IMG/VR virus record: IMGVR_UViG_3300031228_000019
Coordinates: 1 to 35,964 of that record
Direction: 5' to 3' (one strand)
Length of the DNA stretch: 35,964 nt
From: a virus
Lineage: Duplodnaviria > Caudoviricetes
Each line of letters starts with the position of its first letter. Positions within the stretch are counted from its first letter, which is position 1. The translations under genes and the position numbers were made by a program. Below the pieces are notes generated by a model. It searched no databases. It was given only the letters and a program-made list of their open reading frames with translations, and had not been told where the DNA came from. Shown here piece by piece: positions 32,967-35,964 of this stretch.

Positions 32967-33499
32967 GACGCACGCTCCGAGGTGACCAGGCGCAGCGGGA
33001 GGCCGAACCCTGTTATCGGAAGGTTCGGGGTTCGGGGCTCGGTGGTCACCGGGCCCGGGGTCGGGACGACGACGTCAGCGAGCTCGGCGCGGGCGGCGGG
33101 GACGAGCGTCAGCCAGCGCTCAGGCTTCAAACCAGCGGGTTCGGGGTTCGAGTCCCTGATGCCGTACCGAGATCCAAGCACGAAGGTGGAGCCCCCTCCC
33201 GGCGCAGTCCGGAGGGGGCTCTCTTCGTTTGCCCAGGCCTGTGGCACGTAATCCGAGCCGGGCATCAGCTCCTCGAGCGTGAGCCCGAAGAAACGCGACA
33301 CGACCAGGATCTCGTCGGCGCTCCAGCCTCGCTGACCGGCCAGCTTCTTGCTGAGGTTCGACTGGCTCATGCCAAGCATGGGCGCGGTTTCGAGTTGCGA
33401 CATCCGACGCCGCCGCATCTCTAGAGAGACGCGCTCACCGATGTAGTCGTCGGCTGACGCGTAGGGGACGGGCTCAGGCGCCCGGTGTGCTGTCGTCAT
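32963..33499 (-). CDS. Immunity repressor, XRE-family HTH, containing attP
   Basis: IGERVSLEMRRRRMSQLETAPMLGMSQSNLSKKLAGQRGWSADE. Start reassigned to leaderless ATG 33499 (TAGGAT 7 nt upstream). The internal GIRDSNPEPAG is an antisense tRNA T-arm. Confidence 0.88.
   Translation of the reverse strand: MTTAHRAPEPVPYASADDYIGERVSLEMRRRRMSQLETAPMLGMSQSNLSKKLAGQRGWSADEILVVSRFFGLTLEELMPGSDYVPQAWANEESPLRTAPGGGSTFVLGSRYGIRDSNPEPAGLKPERWLTLVPAARAELADVVVPTPGPVTTEPRTPNLPITGFGLPLRLVTSERAS
33133..33168 (+). other. attP core: 3' half of a host tRNA (resembles actinobacterial tRNA-Lys CTT)
   Basis: CAGCGGGTT-CGGGG-TTCGAGT-CCCTG-ATGCCGT-ACC has a T-arm and 3' acceptor strand but no D-arm or 5' half. Confidence 0.85.
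33189..33230 (+). terminator. Phage-supplied terminator for the reconstituted tRNA
   Basis: 11-bp stem GAGCCCCCTCC / GGAGGGGGCTC followed by TCTTCGTTT, ~20 nt downstream of the att core. Confidence 0.8.
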
Positions 33500-33635
33500 G
33501 CGGAGCATCCTAGCGCGTTCTGGACGAATTGGACTAGAGGCGACACGCCCAATTAGAACCACATGCTTGTAATTCGTCCATCCGGTGCCTTATGGTCCGC
33601 TACATGCCATCAGATCGGAATACACCGGACGAAGT
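33500..33635. promoter_or_regulatory. Divergent lysis/lysogeny promoters and operators
   Basis: Leftward -10 TAGGAT (33507-33512). Rightward TTGTAA-N18-TATGGT-N7-ATG. Inverted 10-mers TGGACGAATT (33521-33530) and AATTCGTCCA (33571-33580); third partial copy GGACGAAGT (33627-33635). Confidence 0.7.
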
Positions 33636-33810
33636 GGCCGGATCGGCGCTCCTCATGCCTCGCGAGGTCATGAAGCGGCTCCGGGTCTCACGTCAGACGC
33701 TCGCGCGGTACGTCGCCGGCGGGCACCTGGCCGCAGTCGTCCTTCCCTCCGGTCACCGCCGATATCGCGAGGCCGACGTCTGCGCGATGGAACGGACGGT
33801 GACGGCATGA
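33604..33810 (+). CDS. Cro/excisionase-like MerR-type HTH protein
   Basis: LLMPREVMKRLRVSRQTLARYVAGGHLAAVVLPSGHRRYREADV; divergent from the repressor. Start 33604 (leaderless) or 33592. Confidence 0.88.
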   Translation: MPSDRNTPDEVAGSALLMPREVMKRLRVSRQTLARYVAGGHLAAVVLPSGHRRYREADVCAMERTVTA

Positions 33811-34250
33811 GCGACCAGACCGCCCGCATCGCGGATGCCCGGCTCTCGGGCTTAGAGGCCCGCTGCTGCAACCTTCGCTCGCAGCTGGTGGACCTCGAGG
33901 CTCAGGCGACCGACCAGCGTGAGGATCTCCGCGCCGGTGGTCAGCGCCAACTCGGTCAGGTCCCGGGGTCCGCCCGAGACGCCGATCGGGTCGTCGCTGT
34001 AATCCCGCTGGCCGATCTCCTGCATGGCGGCGATGAGCTTGTCCTGCGCCTTCGACACGTCGTCGGCGATCTCTTTCGTCATGGTGACTCCAATTCTTCG
34101 GTTGCTGGTCCTTCCGAAGGTAGGCGCGGCGGCGGAGATGAGCCCGCCGCCGCGCCGTCACCGACGTCCGACCCGGCAGCGCTCGGTCGTGAGGTCAAGC
34201 GAGTCCTAGACGCCTACTACCGGGCCGGTGGCCGGCAGCGCGCCCCCTAA
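33807..34250 (+). CDS. Early ORF (147 aa) ending in a tape-measure C-terminus-like motif
   Basis: ATGA-coupled to cro/xis. Ends DPAALGREVKRVLDAYYRAGGRQRAP*. The middle section is the antisense of 33852-34082. Confidence 0.55.
   Translation: MSDQTARIADARLSGLEARCCNLRSQLVDLEAQATDQREDLRAGGQRQLGQVPGSARDADRVVAVIPLADLLHGGDELVLRLRHVVGDLFRHGDSNSSVAGPSEGRRGGGDEPAAAPSPTSDPAALGREVKRVLDAYYRAGGRQRAP
33852..34082 (-). CDS. Small helical protein nested antisense in the early operon
   Basis: RBS GGAG 5 nt before the ATG, -10-like TACCTT upstream, good codon usage, amphipathic sequence MTKEIADDVSKAQDKLIAAMQE... Confidence 0.7.
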   Translation of the reverse strand: MTKEIADDVSKAQDKLIAAMQEIGQRDYSDDPIGVSGGPRDLTELALTTGAEILTLVGRLSLEVHQLRAKVAAAGL

Positions 34251-34410
34251 GCCCACGAGCTCCGGCCCGGAGCGGGGGCTGTCCACTCCTTCCCTCGCAC
34301 TGGTCCGGCGGGCCGGGACCACCGCAGGGGTCCCGGCCCAACCACTCCCTACCGCCCTGGCTCACGTCGAGACGACGTCGGCCTTCCTCGTCACGCCTGG
34401 AGGCTGACCG

Positions 34411-34572
34411 ATGGACCACGACATCTACATCGGCAAGACCGAAGACGGCCTGAACGTGCTGGTCACGGTGTACACCGACGGCTTCGCCACGATCGCGACC
34501 CGAGCCGACGCATCGGTCAGCTGGTCCGCCGCCGTCGAGCTGGAGCGCAGCCCGATCGAGGTCCCGTGCTGA
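34411..34572 (+). CDS. Small hypothetical protein (53 aa, MDHDIYIGKTEDG...)
   Basis: Not in the ORF track. RBS GGAGG, high GC3, overlaps the next start. Confidence 0.7.
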   Translation: MDHDIYIGKTEDGLNVLVTVYTDGFATIATRADASVSWSAAVELERSPIEVPC

Positions 34573-34796
34573 CCGGGCTGGCGATCCCGGGCCCAGCTGA
34601 CGCCGGGTCGCTGCTCGCGGCTGCACCGCTTCTCCTCGCGGCAGTGGTGCTGATGCTCCCGATGGCGGCTGTCCGCGTCCTGGTCTGGATCGACGAGGGG
34701 ACGCCGGGCATCGCCGGGCGACTCTCTGCCGACCGCCGTCGACCCTCGACGGCCTGCCCAACCTCGCCGGACTCCACGCATGGAGTCGCTCGATGA
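34566..34796 (+). CDS. Small membrane protein
   Basis: Hydrophobic LLAAAPLLLAAVVLMLPMAAVRVLVWI; ATGA coupling to the next gene. Confidence 0.5.
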   Translation: MLTGLAIPGPADAGSLLAAAPLLLAAVVLMLPMAAVRVLVWIDEGTPGIAGRLSADRRRPSTACPTSPDSTHGVAR

Positions 34797-35089
34797 GCGG
34801 CGACCTGGGCGACAGCCTCGACTTGCCGTTCGAGGTGGGTCCGCCGGGCGAGCTGCTCGACGACAACGTGCACTACTCCGGCGGCGTCGTGGTGATGGCC
34901 TCCACCGTCGATGTGCCCGACGTCGGCGTCATGCCGGCGCTGGTCTTCCGGTTCGCCAATCCGCTCGGCGGGTTCTACCCGGCGATCGTGCTCGTCACTG
35001 ACGACGACCAGATGGCCAAGCTCCGACCTCTGCTCATGGAGGCGATCGCGGCGGCCCGCCGCGGCGCGAAGACCGGCGGCACGAAGTGA
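34793..35089 (+). CDS. Hypothetical protein
   Basis: RBS GGAG; overlaps with both neighbours. Confidence 0.7.
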   Translation: MSGDLGDSLDLPFEVGPPGELLDDNVHYSGGVVVMASTVDVPDVGVMPALVFRFANPLGGFYPAIVLVTDDDQMAKLRPLLMEAIAAARRGAKTGGTK

Positions 35090-35460
35090 CCGGCGTGAGC
35101 CTCGGCGCCCGGCCGGCCGACAACCCCGACGAGCTCGCGCTCTTCGCCGACGGCTGGACCGTGCTGAACAAGCCGGTCGCTGACCGGTTCCGCGAGGCCT
35201 GCCGCGCCGACGCCGACGCGCACGACGGCTGGGTCAACCCGAACCGGGTGCGGGAGCACTTCCTAGTCGACGGCGAGCTGGCGGTCGACCCCCGGCAGTA
35301 CTCCGCTCTCTGGTCGAAGGCCTGCGCCCGCGACGGCTACCTGGTCGTCACCGACGTCAAGGTCCCGATCAAGGGCCCGGGCAGCAAGGGCAACGGCAAC
35401 AAGGACATCCGGCTGCGTCGCTTCGCCGACGACCCCGAGCCCGTCGAGGAGACGCCGTGA
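35086..35460 (+). CDS. Hypothetical protein
   Basis: GTGA coupling; globular-looking sequence with high GC3. Confidence 0.7.
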   Translation: MTGVSLGARPADNPDELALFADGWTVLNKPVADRFREACRADADAHDGWVNPNRVREHFLVDGELAVDPRQYSALWSKACARDGYLVVTDVKVPIKGPGSKGNGNKDIRLRRFADDPEPVEETP

Positions 35461-35558
35461 GCAATAGCCCCGTCGAGCCCGCTGCCGACCTGCGGCAGCT
35501 GGCAGCAGGCCCTCACGATCATCGGTCAGATCCTCGCGGCCAACAGAGGCGGCGAATC

Positions 35559-35964
35559 ATGAGGTTCGACGGCGCCGACCTGGCGCACACGTGGCTGGCC
35601 GTCGCCCAGGCATCGGCGACCGACAAGAGGTCTGACCCGCTCCTCTTCAAGACGGTCGCGATCGAGGAGTTCCACAACGGCGTGCGGCTCACCGCCACCG
35701 ACCGGTTCATGCTCCTGACCGCCTGGATCAGCGACGTCGACTCCGACAACCCACCCAGCCTGGACGAGGCACCCGACCGGGTGATCGTCGCCCGCGACGC
35801 CGACGGCCGCGCCCGCAGCCTCATGGGTTACGTGTGCGCGCTGCACGCCCGGCTCGACAAGGAGTCCCGCGAGCTCGACGGCATCGACGTGGAGATCACC
35901 TTCGACGCCCGCCTGCCCGCCGGCTCCCAGATCCCGCCCACCCTCGACGGCCTGGAGCCGACCT
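35559..35964 (+). CDS. DNA sliding clamp (DnaN/beta)-like protein, 3' truncated by window edge
   Basis: Not in the ORF track. MRFDGADLAHTWLAVAQASATDKRSDPLLFKTVAIEEFHNGVRLTATDRFML resembles the beta-clamp domain carrying the ATDxxRL motif. The frame is also open from GTG 35457. Confidence 0.6.
   Translation, partial: MRFDGADLAHTWLAVAQASATDKRSDPLLFKTVAIEEFHNGVRLTATDRFMLLTAWISDVDSDNPPSLDEAPDRVIVARDADGRARSLMGYVCALHARLDKESRELDGIDVEITFDARLPAGSQIPPTLDGLEPT

Noticed and set aside
33100-33170. Complete phage tRNA gene
   Set aside because: Only the T-arm and 3' acceptor strand are present. There is no D-arm or pairing 5' strand, so it is better explained as attP.

Overview
High-GC DNA comprising most of a temperate actinobacterial siphovirus genome; the host is uncertain. 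The window is circularly permuted. It begins in the replication module (HNH, Cas4-like exonuclease, SSB, primase-polymerase/helicase, iteron-rich origin) and crosses a probable packaging/cos region at ~7.6 kb. It continues through terminase, HK97-type head, neck and tail genes, including a GGGAAAA -1 frameshifted chaperone and a 1257-aa tape measure. Next come an antisense HNH moron, a membrane-protein-rich lysis cassette with an EEP-fold enzyme, and an accessory island (HicAB, a membrane-anchored protein, two tandem Zn-ribbon microproteins, an RHH regulator). A tyrosine integrase and a repressor with a tRNA-derived attP inside its gene (integration-dependent immunity) follow. The window ends in early genes, the last a truncated beta-clamp-like gene. 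The most striking observation is one ~25-30 aa motif (GxEVKxxLDAYY core) present in three unrelated proteins: the tape measure C-terminus, the ClpP-like prohead protease tail, and the end of an early ORF coupled to cro/xis. All calls come from reading the sequence by eye; no searches were run.
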